Source: Leptolyngbyaceae cyanobacterium (GTDB lineage Bacteria > Cyanobacteriota > Cyanobacteriia > Phormidesmidales > Phormidesmidaceae). From it: a stretch of DNA of 64,000 nucleotides. The DNA is taken from positions 1,472,001-1,536,000 of the forward strand of contig CBDHHL010000032.1 of NCBI GenBank assembly GCA_965263355.1, in the 5' to 3' direction. The notes under the pieces were generated by a model, which was given only the letters and a program-made list of their open reading frames with translations, did not search any database and was not told the origin of the DNA. A program made the position numbers and the translations under genes. This document shows, one piece after another, positions 10,300-20,779 of this stretch (position 1 is the first letter of the stretch; each line of letters starts with the position of its first letter).

Positions 10300-11751
10300 T
10301 TATCTCTCTAAGTAGTAACGTAATCGTTGAGCATATAAACTATCCATGGAATGGCTTTTGGCTGTTTTTATTTCTGCGATCGCCGCCTGAAATGCCTCGG
10401 CATCCACAAAGGCTTCGATATGCTGCATCAAATTCGTTAAGTAATCTGGATCTGTGGATATCGTCGCCAGCTTAAGACTAGTTACCTTAGCCGAGAGAAT
10501 TTGAAAAAACTGCTCTACGGTCCAATAACGAACTCGTTTGAGTAATGTAGTTGGATTGAGCACACGACTCACCTGGGATTGATTGGTCATCCCCAATGTA
10601 TCAGCGATTTTACTTTGAGATTGCCTCTGAAAATAGACAAGCTTTAAGATTGCCTTCACCTTGGATGCAAACCTTGCATATCTTGGCCGTTGGTGCAGGC
10701 TATTAATATGTTCGCAGATGCCTTGGTTGATCCCCCAATCTAAACACTCAATTAACTGCCGATGACAAAATTCCTTGAGTTCTTGCTGGGCGATCTGCTC
10801 TAAATCATTAGTTGAATTGGGATCACAAAGCTCTCGTTGGGCACCAGAATCAGGATTGGCCAGGGGTTCGGCTTGGGGCATGCCATTACTACTCCAGATT
10901 GCATAATGACGCAAGAGCTGGCCAATTTGCTTAAGCTCTATGGGTAGCTGTGTCGGTGAATTAAATGTAATTCCCTCTGTCTGCAACTGTTGTTGCATTT
11001 CGTCAAGCTGGGCCAGGGTCGGTGCAGGGCACTTCAGATGGTTTTGCTGTTGCTGGCGTCGATCTCGACGGTAAACCGCATGAAACGCTTTGACAATGAG
11101 ACATTCGCGCAGTGAAAGCTTTTCTAACTGATGTTGCCGAGCCCGATTAAGCAGGGCCCAATCACTTACCTTATAAAATCCTCGTTCTGATAATACTTTT
11201 TTTAGCTCTTGATTTTGTCGAATTTGGAGATGAACCCAGTTATCTAGACTGGTTACACGTTGTCCATTTGGATTAAACTTGCGCAATACTTCCACCGAGA
11301 ACAGTTGATAAGAAGACGGCTCCCGTTCACCATTACGATTAATAACCCATTGTTGTTTATCATCTTGATCTAAGACAACTTGCGTCTCACCATCATCATT
11401 GAGCACGTAAGGGAGCAAATCTCGATAGGTAAGCTGCCCAGTGGCAGAAAATTTACTGGCAAGGATTTTGCACGCCGCCAAAATGGGATACGAAACATAT
11501 GCTCGCAAGCACAGTCCCGCTTTGGCTTGATGCTGTAAATCAACCACATCGGATTGAGCTGTAAATTGATTGTGAAGCAACTTCTGAACAATGCGATTTC
11601 GCTGAGCAGCAGGTATGCTCGCCTCCATCAGATCGGCAAACTCCGTCTGAAAGAATTGGGAGGCTAGGGGTGACGATTGCTTCCTATAACCGCATCCTTT
11701 ATCCCCAGGATCAATTCTCAAAATTTCCCAATATTTCGATAGAAGCCCCAT
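10300..11751 (-). CDS. Divergent sigma70-like / HTH DNA-binding protein
   Basis: sigma2-like FNP..SLDNW, sigma3-like PTLAQLDEM, sigma4-like ILKLVYFQRQSQSKIADTLGMTNQSQVSRVL. Confidence 0.6.
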   Translation of the reverse strand: MGLLSKYWEILRIDPGDKGCGYRKQSSPLASQFFQTEFADLMEASIPAAQRNRIVQKLLHNQFTAQSDVVDLQHQAKAGLCLRAYVSYPILAACKILASKFSATGQLTYRDLLPYVLNDDGETQVVLDQDDKQQWVINRNGEREPSSYQLFSVEVLRKFNPNGQRVTSLDNWVHLQIRQNQELKKVLSERGFYKVSDWALLNRARQHQLEKLSLRECLIVKAFHAVYRRDRRQQQQNHLKCPAPTLAQLDEMQQQLQTEGITFNSPTQLPIELKQIGQLLRHYAIWSSNGMPQAEPLANPDSGAQRELCDPNSTNDLEQIAQQELKEFCHRQLIECLDWGINQGICEHINSLHQRPRYARFASKVKAILKLVYFQRQSQSKIADTLGMTNQSQVSRVLNPTTLLKRVRYWTVEQFFQILSAKVTSLKLATISTDPDYLTNLMQHIEAFVDAEAFQAAIAEIKTAKSHSMDSLYAQRLRYYLER

Positions 11752-12167
11752 AATTCCACTATTCCTTCGGTGGACTTATTTTCTCAAACTCGACTGATTG
11801 TCTCTAGTACCCCAATGGGTACTATCTCTGGCTATGGCTATTCCACAGGCAGTCAACCTGCTTAACCCAGATAGTTGTATTCAAGCATACCTGCTGGGAT
11901 GGCTTCTATTTTCTGGAGTCAGGCTAGTTGAGTCTCTTTGCTGAAACGGCCATTAGCCATCAGTTATTGCCCACCTTGGCGATGGTACTGTTATAAACAC
12001 CATGAAATTATTGGGACTGGTTCCGCCTGATGGGATGATTCAGCCAAAATGCTTGTAATGCAAGGGATACAGCCGTTTTAGAAGAAGCTCGCTCAAATCG
12101 TTACTCTATAGGCCTTTCAGGCATTTTTCCCATTACACGGAACCAGTGCCCCTGCCTTTCCTTCGCT

Positions 12168-12800
12168 TTAATCCTCCAGCTGTTGACGTAAATTTCGAAT
12201 CGCCATCCCCGTTCCCTGCTCTGAGGCTATTTGGAACACACCTTCCACTAATACTGGTAGTTCTATATTAGGAAAATAACGGCTAAACGTCTGTTGTTGA
12301 TAGCTATCAGTTTGCAATGTATAAATTTTCAACCCTGTTTTTCTCAACAGCCAAACTTCTGGCACCTTGTAGGGTAAATAATCTGCTACTGCCGTATAGC
12401 TAGTCACATCAACCTCAAGCACCAAATCAGGGGGAAGACTGTTGCTCCAGTCAATGCGTTCCTTCCCAACAGCTACTCGCCAATTCTCAATATAGAAACA
12501 ATAATCAGGCTCGATCCCCCCTTCCTCCGGCAGCTCCATTGTAATCGGGGTAAATGCTTCGTAGTTGCGATTCTGGCTGTCCAATAGGGCTTTTACGATG
12601 TCAGCTAAAATATTAGCTTCCCGTCCATGTCTGGGCATTGGACTCATCAGCAAAATCTCATCGTTACAAAATTTGATGCGAGGAATAGAATTATCCCCCC
12701 GACTATCCCTGAGGAAGCAGTAATCTTGCCAGGTGCCCGGTACCCGCATCACAGTCCCCGTTGGCAGCTGTATTTCTTCTTTAGAAATGACCGCGTACAT
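12168..12800 (-). CDS. Uma2 family endonuclease (DUF820)
   Basis: LMSPMPRH, IEPDYCFYI, PPDLVLEVDVTS, VPEVW. Confidence 0.92.
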   Translation of the reverse strand: MYAVISKEEIQLPTGTVMRVPGTWQDYCFLRDSRGDNSIPRIKFCNDEILLMSPMPRHGREANILADIVKALLDSQNRNYEAFTPITMELPEEGGIEPDYCFYIENWRVAVGKERIDWSNSLPPDLVLEVDVTSYTAVADYLPYKVPEVWLLRKTGLKIYTLQTDSYQQQTFSRYFPNIELPVLVEGVFQIASEQGTGMAIRNLRQQLED

Positions 12801-13054
12801 GCCTTAACACCTAACCTAGTTTATCGCTAATGCTTCTATCATAATCCCTACGTTTTACCTCGGCTGCCTACCAATGCCTACTTAAAAAACTAGTATCTTC
12901 TCAAGTCCTCTTTGCTCCCCTGCTCCCTTCATAGTAGTACAGGTTTACTTGCAGGCAGATTGCCTTAGCTATACTATAGTCATGCTCAAAACCTTCTTTC
13001 TGGAAGGTGTCTTGGGCCTATCGGCTAGCTACCTAGCTATTATCGTGAGTAACC

Positions 13055-14662
13055 ATGCGCAAATTTCATTCCTATGAAGAAATAAACAAAAAACTGCATT
13101 ATTATGTTCCCCGCACTGCCCTGATTGAGCAGATTTATCAGGGGTTGTTAGGCGATGATCCCAACTATGGTGGGTCTTACATTACCGTATGGGGCCCCCG
13201 TCAGTCTGGAAAAACCTGGATTATGCGGGAAGTCATTGAGCGGTTTAGCAATCGAGATAATTCAGAGTCACCGTTTGACGTGGCCATGCTAACGATGCAG
13301 GCAGGCCAAACGATAACTACCGATACAGAAATTCTCAATCTATTTCGACAGAAGTTAAGCCAGTGGTTTGATCGACCCTTGCCTTCCCTGGACGAATGGT
13401 CAGCTCTAGAGACGTTTCTTTCACATAAATCTTTTAGCAAACCCTTAATTTTAATTCTGGATGAGTTTGACTCCATTGGAGATGATTTTATCAACAAATT
13501 TGCCAATCAATTTCGACATATTTATACGAGTCGTTTAAATCAACGAGATAAAAAAAGTGATGAGAAATATTGTTTGCTGCATGGTCTGGCGCTGATTGGT
13601 GTCCGCAGTGTGTTGGGTGTAGAAAATGTTGGCAGTGGTTCTCCATTTAACGTGCAACGCAGTTTATCCATTCCCAAACTAACCTTTAAAGAAGTGGACT
13701 CCATGTTTCACTGGTATGAACAAGAAAGTGAGCAACCTGTTGAGCAGGTCGTGATTGATCGTATTTTTTATGAGACTCAAGGACAACCAGGACTAGTGGG
13801 TTGGTTAGGAGAACTTCTTACGGAAAAGCCGCTTAATCCAGACCGTAGCCAGCCAATCACGGTCTCTCATTTTGAAAGGGTTTATGCATCTGCTATTTAT
13901 GACCTACCCAACAACAACATTTTGAACTTAATTAGTAAAGTTCGACAAACCCCATATCGCAATTTTGTTTTGAATCTATTTAATACGGAAACTGCGATCC
14001 CATTTTCCTACGATGATGAGATTATTAACTATCTATATATGAATGGTGTGGTTGATCGCCAGGTTACGGTAGATAACCGTCGCTATGTTAAATTTACTAG
14101 CCCATTGGTACAAAAACGGCTGTTTAACTATTTTTCCCGTAATTTGTTTCAAGACCCTCATCAACTCTATCCACCGTTTACTGACCTGTCGAACGTGATT
14201 ACGATAGATAGTTTGAACGTAAAGAATCTGCTGCGGCTGTATGAACGCTATCTGCAAACAAATCGCACCTGGCTCTTGGCAGATGCCCCCATGCGGAAAG
14301 ATCTACGTATCTACGAAGCGGTTTTTCATTTTAATTTGTACAGTTATCTGCAGGCATTTCTCCAACCTTGGCATGGTCACATTTATCCTGAGTTCCCTAC
14401 AGGCAATGGTCAAATCGATCTGCTAATTACCTATCAAGGACAACAATATGGTATCGAGGTAAAAAGCTTCCAAGATGAGCGCAGCTACCAGGTAGGCTTA
14501 GCCCAATCAGTTTGCTATGGTAAACGATTGGCCCTAAAAGAAGTAGTCCTGGTTGCCTTTATTGAACAGGTGCCTGATTCTATTCGTCAGAAATACGAAG
14601 CCCCTTATCTAGATAAGGAAACAAACATCACAGTATTGCCCATTTTTGTGGTGACGGGTTAG
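13055..14662 (+). CDS. AAA-like ATPase with C-terminal PD-(D/E)XK nuclease
   Basis: GPRQSGKT, LILDEFD, SPFN, TQGQPGLV; C-terminal PEFPTGNGQIDLLI..GIEVK. Confidence 0.85.
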   Translation: MRKFHSYEEINKKLHYYVPRTALIEQIYQGLLGDDPNYGGSYITVWGPRQSGKTWIMREVIERFSNRDNSESPFDVAMLTMQAGQTITTDTEILNLFRQKLSQWFDRPLPSLDEWSALETFLSHKSFSKPLILILDEFDSIGDDFINKFANQFRHIYTSRLNQRDKKSDEKYCLLHGLALIGVRSVLGVENVGSGSPFNVQRSLSIPKLTFKEVDSMFHWYEQESEQPVEQVVIDRIFYETQGQPGLVGWLGELLTEKPLNPDRSQPITVSHFERVYASAIYDLPNNNILNLISKVRQTPYRNFVLNLFNTETAIPFSYDDEIINYLYMNGVVDRQVTVDNRRYVKFTSPLVQKRLFNYFSRNLFQDPHQLYPPFTDLSNVITIDSLNVKNLLRLYERYLQTNRTWLLADAPMRKDLRIYEAVFHFNLYSYLQAFLQPWHGHIYPEFPTGNGQIDLLITYQGQQYGIEVKSFQDERSYQVGLAQSVCYGKRLALKEVVLVAFIEQVPDSIRQKYEAPYLDKETNITVLPIFVVTG

Positions 14663-17600
14663 ACTGCGTCCTCTTCACATAACGCCCGATCTTCTTCTGC
14701 AATCTCAGGACTGGTGCGTAGGTAATCAGCAAGCCAACTGCAGGCTAGCTCTAGTTCATCCAATGCCAGAATCCGATCTAAATGCCAGATAATCGCTGTT
14801 TGGTCAGCACTCCCCGACACTAAAAACGTACCGTCGGGGTTAAAGTCGGTAAACTCAATTTTACTGGTGTGACCATAGAGTGTGTTCAACAGCTTACCTT
14901 CGACAGACCAAAGCCTTACCGTTTGGTCAGCACCGCCCGAAGCGACAACATCGCCATTGGGGCTAAAGTCCACGTCGTATACTTCTCCCCCATGGCCTGT
15001 TAATGTAGTCAACAAATCGCCATTTGTCTGCCACAGCTGTACCGTACCATCCCAATTGGCAGTGCCAACGGTTTGCCCATTGGGGCTAAATGCAGGAATT
15101 ACTGCCCCTGCGTCCAAGGTGGCCAGCAGCGTATCATCCAATTGTTTTAGCGCGACCTGATTATTTTGTTGGGCAACGGCCAGTTGTTGACCATCATTAC
15201 TCAAATCCAACCCTAAAATGCCATAGGGTTGTTTTACTGTTTGCAATCTCTCACCAGCCATATCCCAAAGGCTGACATTGCCTTTGATACTACCAGAGAG
15301 CAGGGTTTCTCCATCCGGAAGGAAACGCACCGCCATGACTGAGCTAGTATGTCCACTGAGGGTTTTCTCTAGTTCACCCGTTTGAGTGTTCCAAAGCTTA
15401 ATGGTGCTATCGCTAGACCCCGATGCCAACCGCCGTCCATCGGGACTAAACGCTAGGGTAAAGGCCCGAGCCGTATGGCCGATCAACGTTCTAATGCGTT
15501 GACCATCAGGCTGCCATAGATTTATAACTCCATTTGTATGGGCAGACGCGATGGTTTGGCTATCGGGACTGACCACCACTTCAAAAACCGGTGATGATGA
15601 TGTCAATACGGTCTTGAGGGGATGCCTGAGCTGCCAAACCCGAATGGTTTTATCTTCACTGGCAGAGAAAAGCTGTTGTCCATTGGCACTAAAGACAACG
15701 TCGTATACCCCTCCCTGATGTCCTGCCAATACCTGTAGTAAACGTCCCTGGAGGTCCCAGAGTTTGATGGTGCCGTCAGCACTGGCCGAGGCAAAGATAT
15801 CTCCATCGGGACTAAACTGTAGATCCCTAACCCAGCTATCATGGGCCTCTAGGGTGATTTTTTCGGTAACCTGTTGAGTGTTTTGATCCTGTTGCCAGAT
15901 CTTGATTTTGCCATCGGCATCCCCAGAAACAAGAAATTGACCATTGGGGCTAAAGGCAATCCCATAGGTGGCACTTTGATGCCCTTTCAATGTGGTTAGC
16001 GGTGTGCCATCTGAGCGCCATAGGCGCACCGTTTTATCCTGGCTAGCGGAAACGAACCGTTGACCATCGTAGCTAAAGCTTATATTGACTGCAGTCGCCT
16101 CATGCTCCCTCAGGGTGGCGGTGAGCTGCCCCTGATGGTCCCATAGGCGAATGGTGCCATCTGAGCTGGTGGAGGCCAAGGTCTTACCATCGGGGCTAAA
16201 ATCAACCGAGTAAAGTTCGGCGGTATGACTTGCTAATGTAGTTTGCAGATTTCCATCTGGATCGTACAGGCGGATTTTACTATCTTGCCCACCCACGGCA
16301 ATACGCTGTCCATCGGGACTAAAGCTGACTTTGACATAGGGAGAGACATCCCCTTCGCGAGTACTCCATACCAAGGTGCCATCCCGTTTCCAAAGCTGAA
16401 TATCTGTGGTGCCCCCCACTGATACCAAGGTTTGTTCATTAGGCCCCCAGTCTAGACTCCAGAGACCGCTGGCCGCTTCTGAAAAGCGGTTGATTTCTTG
16501 TGCATCGTAGATGGCCTGGTTTAAGGTGTTTTTGGCTTGGGCTATGAGGGGAGGTGGAGCCGCCTGGTCAAGGGTTTGCAGTCGTCGGGTCGCTTTGATG
16601 CTATAGATCAATGCGTCCAGCGTTTGGTCAGAGGCCACATTGCCCTGGGCCGATGAAATCAGGGCCGTCACCTCACTGATTCTAGCCTGTTGTTCACTGG
16701 CCACCGCCCGACGGTATTGTCGCCAAGCAAACATCAATATTCCTAACAGTACAATTGAAAAGACGCCCAAACCGCCTAAAATTAGACGCTGCCAACGGGC
16801 TAAAATCTGTTCTTGCTGAAGTTTATCTTCTAAAGCCTGGACCCTCTCCGCTTTAAGTTTGGCTTCACTTTCGTTGCGATCGCAGGTTTGGCTAGCCGTC
16901 AAAAACTGATAATCAGCATCGCTCAAACGTTTGCCTTGGGCCCAGGCTTGGGCCTCTAGTAACGCCTGTCCTCGCAAAAGCCGTGACGTATCTGTCCACT
17001 CAGAAACCTGCCAACTGGTGAAGGACTGGGCATAGGGACGAAGATTGTGTAGTTGTTGTGTTACCCAGTTTGAGTCAAACACAGCCTGATAGATCGGATT
17101 TTTAACCCTTAATTGCCCCTGCTCGCTGACTACTAAACCAGATAACAACAGTTCTATATGTTCGATGGAATGATTGACAGTGACTGCTGGACCGGGATGC
17201 TCAGGCTCACAGGCCGCTAGGACTTGTTGATATTCACTCAGGAGACGACCAGCCAAATCATTTTGGCGTAGGATGCGATCGCAAATAGTTCTCAAATGCT
17301 CCGGTTCATCCTGGGTTTCCCAATGGTCAATAATCTGATCATAAACAATTTGAGCAACCCAATCAACATCAGGCAGTTCGGTATCTAGTGATATCTGACT
17401 GGTATTGACCACCAATTGACAGAGCTTTTGAGTCAAAAACGGTTGTCCCCCAGTCCAGTCCAAAATGGCATGGAGAATACTGTTGGGATCCCGTTCACCC
17501 ACGAGTAACCCCGTTGCCAGGTGTGAGGCTTCTACTCTAGAAAAGCCATTTAAGGTCACCGCAGTTCCAATATTAAAGGGGGTGCGCGTTTTATCTCGAA

Positions 17601-18189
17601 TGAGCGCAGCGGGGGTAACCACCCCAAACAGGGCAAATGTTATCCGTTGAAACTCAGGCACTAATGCCCGTTGGTTATAGCAATACCGCACCAGGGCAAA
17701 GAAATCATCCACCGCAAATGGCAAGGACAGGACACTGTCAATTTCATCCACCATGATGAACAAGTTTTGCTTTGGCAGTTGTTTGAGTAACACATCACTC
17801 AAAAATCGACTCAGACGTTGCAATAAGGGAATATCCCGCTGCTGTTGCCACCAAGCTTGAAAATCTTCTAGGGAAAAATTAAAGGGTGTATCGTCCAGCA
17901 ATCCACTAATAAGCTCTCCCAAGATGCCCTTATACCATTGTGACGGTGTGATGATCTCAGTACCTATCGTACTCATATCTAGGGTGAGACATTGATGACC
18001 GTCCTGATGCAGCCGTTTTTTAGTCCTGACTAACAGCGACGACTTCCCCATCTGTCGCGTATTGAACACATAGCAAAATTCTCCCGCTTGCAGTTGTCGA
18101 TAAAGATCTTCATCTGCCTGACGTACCACGTAGGTTGGATCATAGTTAGTTAGGGTGCCACCAATCTGGTAACGCATCGGGTATTGCAT
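14659..18189 (-). CDS. AAA_35-like ATPase + TM + WD40 repeat protein
   Basis: RQMGKSS, MVDEID, TPFNIG, WTGGQPFLTQKLC, TM ILGGLGVFSIVLLGILMFAW, about 14 WD40 repeats. Confidence 0.93.
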   Translation of the reverse strand: MQYPMRYQIGGTLTNYDPTYVVRQADEDLYRQLQAGEFCYVFNTRQMGKSSLLVRTKKRLHQDGHQCLTLDMSTIGTEIITPSQWYKGILGELISGLLDDTPFNFSLEDFQAWWQQQRDIPLLQRLSRFLSDVLLKQLPKQNLFIMVDEIDSVLSLPFAVDDFFALVRYCYNQRALVPEFQRITFALFGVVTPAALIRDKTRTPFNIGTAVTLNGFSRVEASHLATGLLVGERDPNSILHAILDWTGGQPFLTQKLCQLVVNTSQISLDTELPDVDWVAQIVYDQIIDHWETQDEPEHLRTICDRILRQNDLAGRLLSEYQQVLAACEPEHPGPAVTVNHSIEHIELLLSGLVVSEQGQLRVKNPIYQAVFDSNWVTQQLHNLRPYAQSFTSWQVSEWTDTSRLLRGQALLEAQAWAQGKRLSDADYQFLTASQTCDRNESEAKLKAERVQALEDKLQQEQILARWQRLILGGLGVFSIVLLGILMFAWRQYRRAVASEQQARISEVTALISSAQGNVASDQTLDALIYSIKATRRLQTLDQAAPPPLIAQAKNTLNQAIYDAQEINRFSEAASGLWSLDWGPNEQTLVSVGGTTDIQLWKRDGTLVWSTREGDVSPYVKVSFSPDGQRIAVGGQDSKIRLYDPDGNLQTTLASHTAELYSVDFSPDGKTLASTSSDGTIRLWDHQGQLTATLREHEATAVNISFSYDGQRFVSASQDKTVRLWRSDGTPLTTLKGHQSATYGIAFSPNGQFLVSGDADGKIKIWQQDQNTQQVTEKITLEAHDSWVRDLQFSPDGDIFASASADGTIKLWDLQGRLLQVLAGHQGGVYDVVFSANGQQLFSASEDKTIRVWQLRHPLKTVLTSSSPVFEVVVSPDSQTIASAHTNGVINLWQPDGQRIRTLIGHTARAFTLAFSPDGRRLASGSSDSTIKLWNTQTGELEKTLSGHTSSVMAVRFLPDGETLLSGSIKGNVSLWDMAGERLQTVKQPYGILGLDLSNDGQQLAVAQQNNQVALKQLDDTLLATLDAGAVIPAFSPNGQTVGTANWDGTVQLWQTNGDLLTTLTGHGGEVYDVDFSPNGDVVASGGADQTVRLWSVEGKLLNTLYGHTSKIEFTDFNPDGTFLVSGSADQTAIIWHLDRILALDELELACSWLADYLRTSPEIAEEDRALCEEDAV

Positions 18190-18350
18190 AGTATCTCCCT
18201 AACAAGCAATTATTCGCCGGTTGTCCGCTCACTGTCGTCAATCTCTAGATTAGTATGTAATTAAACTTAGGCCAACTAACGGGCACGATACTCACGCTGG
18301 TTTTCCTTTATTGAATAAGCTATGTTCAGAGAGCAATACACGAGGGTGTT

Positions 18351-19481
18351 GTGACAGGAGCCGATTACCTGCACAGGGGTCCTTACTGTATATCTGTTAT
18401 GAAGTCTGCAATATTTAATGCTTGTGATGCAGCTGAATTTGAGTCGATAACGCCTGCAACGATTCAATTGTCAACGGCGGTTATGGACAAAATAGTGGAA
18501 CAGTTTGCTGTAACCGTATCTGACGATGGCAAATGGCAAGCCTGGTTAAATGTCATTGCCAGGATGGCCGTTATCCAATGGTTGCAGACTGGGCTAATGC
18601 CCCCGACCCCCGTAGTCGATGTCGACAATACTCACAATACGATTCTCTATGTTGGTGAACATCGTCTGTGTGTGCTGGCGATAGGCACCATCAGTACTCC
18701 GTCCATAGAACTGCCCCTAACCACATCGACGGGCACGCCTGCCGCTCAGTTTTACCTGCTGGTGGAAGTTTATGAAGAGCTAGGCCAGGTGAACCTTATC
18801 GCCGGCATGCGTCACGATCAGTTGCTGGCTAAACATCCGGTATTAACAGAAAAGCGCCACACCATGCTTTTGTCCCAGACAGTGGTGGTGCCATTGAGCC
18901 ACTTTCAACTGACACCTGAGCAATTGTTGCTGTATTTAAGTTGTTTGTCTCCCCAGCCAGAACCTAAACTGTTGACAGCGCAACTGATTGATGCTAGCCA
19001 ATGGTTTCGTAAGCAATTGGATGCGGTATCCTGTCAACTTGCTTGGGCGTTGTTACCACCACCAGTGCTAGCAATGCGTTCTGTACAAATTATGGCTCAC
19101 AGTCTTTTGGAGAGATTGGCAACCCAAGGGATTACGCTACCTACCTGGGCCAAGGGTGCGGCGGGTCCCATGCAGATTGGGACGACTACCTGTGAATTGT
19201 ATACCTGGGTGTGGCCACTGATGGGCACTGATGAACCGGAGTGGAGTTTGTTTTTAGTGCTGGGACCGGCAGCAGGAGAGACTCTGGTGGAGGGGACAGA
19301 GCTGACTGTGTGGGATATGAGAAAGGTATTGGCTCGGACAACTGTGGGGTGCGATCGCACCTATTTATACACCCAGGTCATCGGCACCTGGCAGGAACGA
19401 TTTTGGGTACAGGTAACTATCCCTGGAGAAGCGCAAGTAATATTGCCTGGTTTTTGTTTTGGTGAATTGAATGATGATTGA
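18351..19481 (+). CDS. DUF1822 family protein (start possibly 18399)
   Basis: WQAWLN, HRLCVLA, AQFYLLVEVYEE, IDASQW, YLYTQVIGTWQERF. Confidence 0.8.
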   Translation: MTGADYLHRGPYCISVMKSAIFNACDAAEFESITPATIQLSTAVMDKIVEQFAVTVSDDGKWQAWLNVIARMAVIQWLQTGLMPPTPVVDVDNTHNTILYVGEHRLCVLAIGTISTPSIELPLTTSTGTPAAQFYLLVEVYEELGQVNLIAGMRHDQLLAKHPVLTEKRHTMLLSQTVVVPLSHFQLTPEQLLLYLSCLSPQPEPKLLTAQLIDASQWFRKQLDAVSCQLAWALLPPPVLAMRSVQIMAHSLLERLATQGITLPTWAKGAAGPMQIGTTTCELYTWVWPLMGTDEPEWSLFLVLGPAAGETLVEGTELTVWDMRKVLARTTVGCDRTYLYTQVIGTWQERFWVQVTIPGEAQVILPGFCFGELNDD

Positions 19482-19610
19482 ATAGAACTAGACTATGGGA
19501 GAGGACTTAACCGAAATCATTCGCCAGGAATAGCCAAAATTTTTCTAAATTTGAATAAGCTTATACGGACCAGCGCCATAGACTAGAAGCAGCCTTAGAT
19601 TGAAGCCTCT

Positions 19611-20495
19611 TTGTCTATGCGTTATCATCTTGTGAATAACTCCAAGCACCCTTGCACTGGCCTATTTAGCTTGATTACCACAGCTGTACTACTACCCACT
19701 AGTACGGTTACGGCAATGACTGCCGAGCGTCAGATCAGGACGTTCTCAGGAAATTTGAATTCAAATTTTAAGGTGGTACTGGCTGATTATCAGACGCAGC
19801 AAACTAGCCAGCAGCAAATTGTCAAAACTAACAAAGCAGAAAGTACGCAATCAGAGGAAGCTGAGCGACTGAATCAAGAGGGAATCAAGCTTGCTGATCA
19901 ATCTAGATATTTAGAAGCACTAGAGCGGTTTGAGCAATCACTATTAATTCGACAGGAGATTGATGATCAGCGTGGCATTGGAGAGTCAATTAATAATATC
20001 GGATTCATCCACTCTCGTCTGGGTGAGTATGAAAAGGCATTAGAGTTTTATGAGCAATCGTTAGTGATCTCAGAAGAGATTGATGATCAGCGTGGCATTG
20101 GAGAGTCACTTAATAATATCGGATTCATCCACTCTCGTCTGGGTGAGTATGAAAAGGCATTAGAGTTTTATGAGCAATCGTTAGCGATTCGGCAAGAACT
20201 TGACGACCGTCGTGGCATTGGGGAAGTACTCAACAATATCGGTGGTATCTACGATGAACTGGGTGAACATAGAAAAGCGCTAATTTTCTATGAGCAATCG
20301 TTAGCCATTCGGGAAGAGATTAATGATCGTCGTGGTACTAGCGAAGTACTCAATAATATTGGCAGTGTCTATTCTCGTTTAGGTGAGTACGAGAAAGCAT
20401 TGGAGTTTTATGGGCAATCGTTATCGGTCTACTATTCGCGATATTGCCGATTGGTCATTGGCAAATGTGGACTTGGTGGTGTTGAGTGCTTGTGA
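19611..20495 (+). pseudogene. TPR protein, apparently 3'-truncated
   Basis: 40-aa TPR units (GESLNNIG..YEKALEFYEQSL); the last repeat breaks into unrelated sequence (SVYYSRYCRL..). Confidence 0.65.
19956..20184 (+). repeat. 120-bp-period intragenic tandem repeat
   Basis: 19956-20064 and 20076-20184 are nearly identical; more diverged copies follow. Confidence 0.9.
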
Positions 20496-20779
20496 AACAG
20501 GTCTGGGGGGTTTTGACAATATTGGCTAGGTGGTGGACAGTCGTTAGTAGTCAGATCAATATCATTGTGATTACGGATACCGTTATTAAGCTGAGAAAAC
20601 TATAAGGAATAGTACAGTGCCACGATGGAGCTACAGGGAACTCCCCCCAGGAGCAGCTGGTCATAATTACATAAATAGCCTGCTTTGAGGGGTAGTAATC
20701 AAACAAACATAGTAGTCTGTCAAGTTCACAATTTTGAGTTAAGACGGTGAGTGGTGAGTATAGTTAAGAGGCGCGTAAG

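Noticed and set aside
19956..20420. CRISPR or DGR template/variable repeat
   Set aside because: In-frame TPR coding repeats; no reverse transcriptase and no adenine-specific variation evident.
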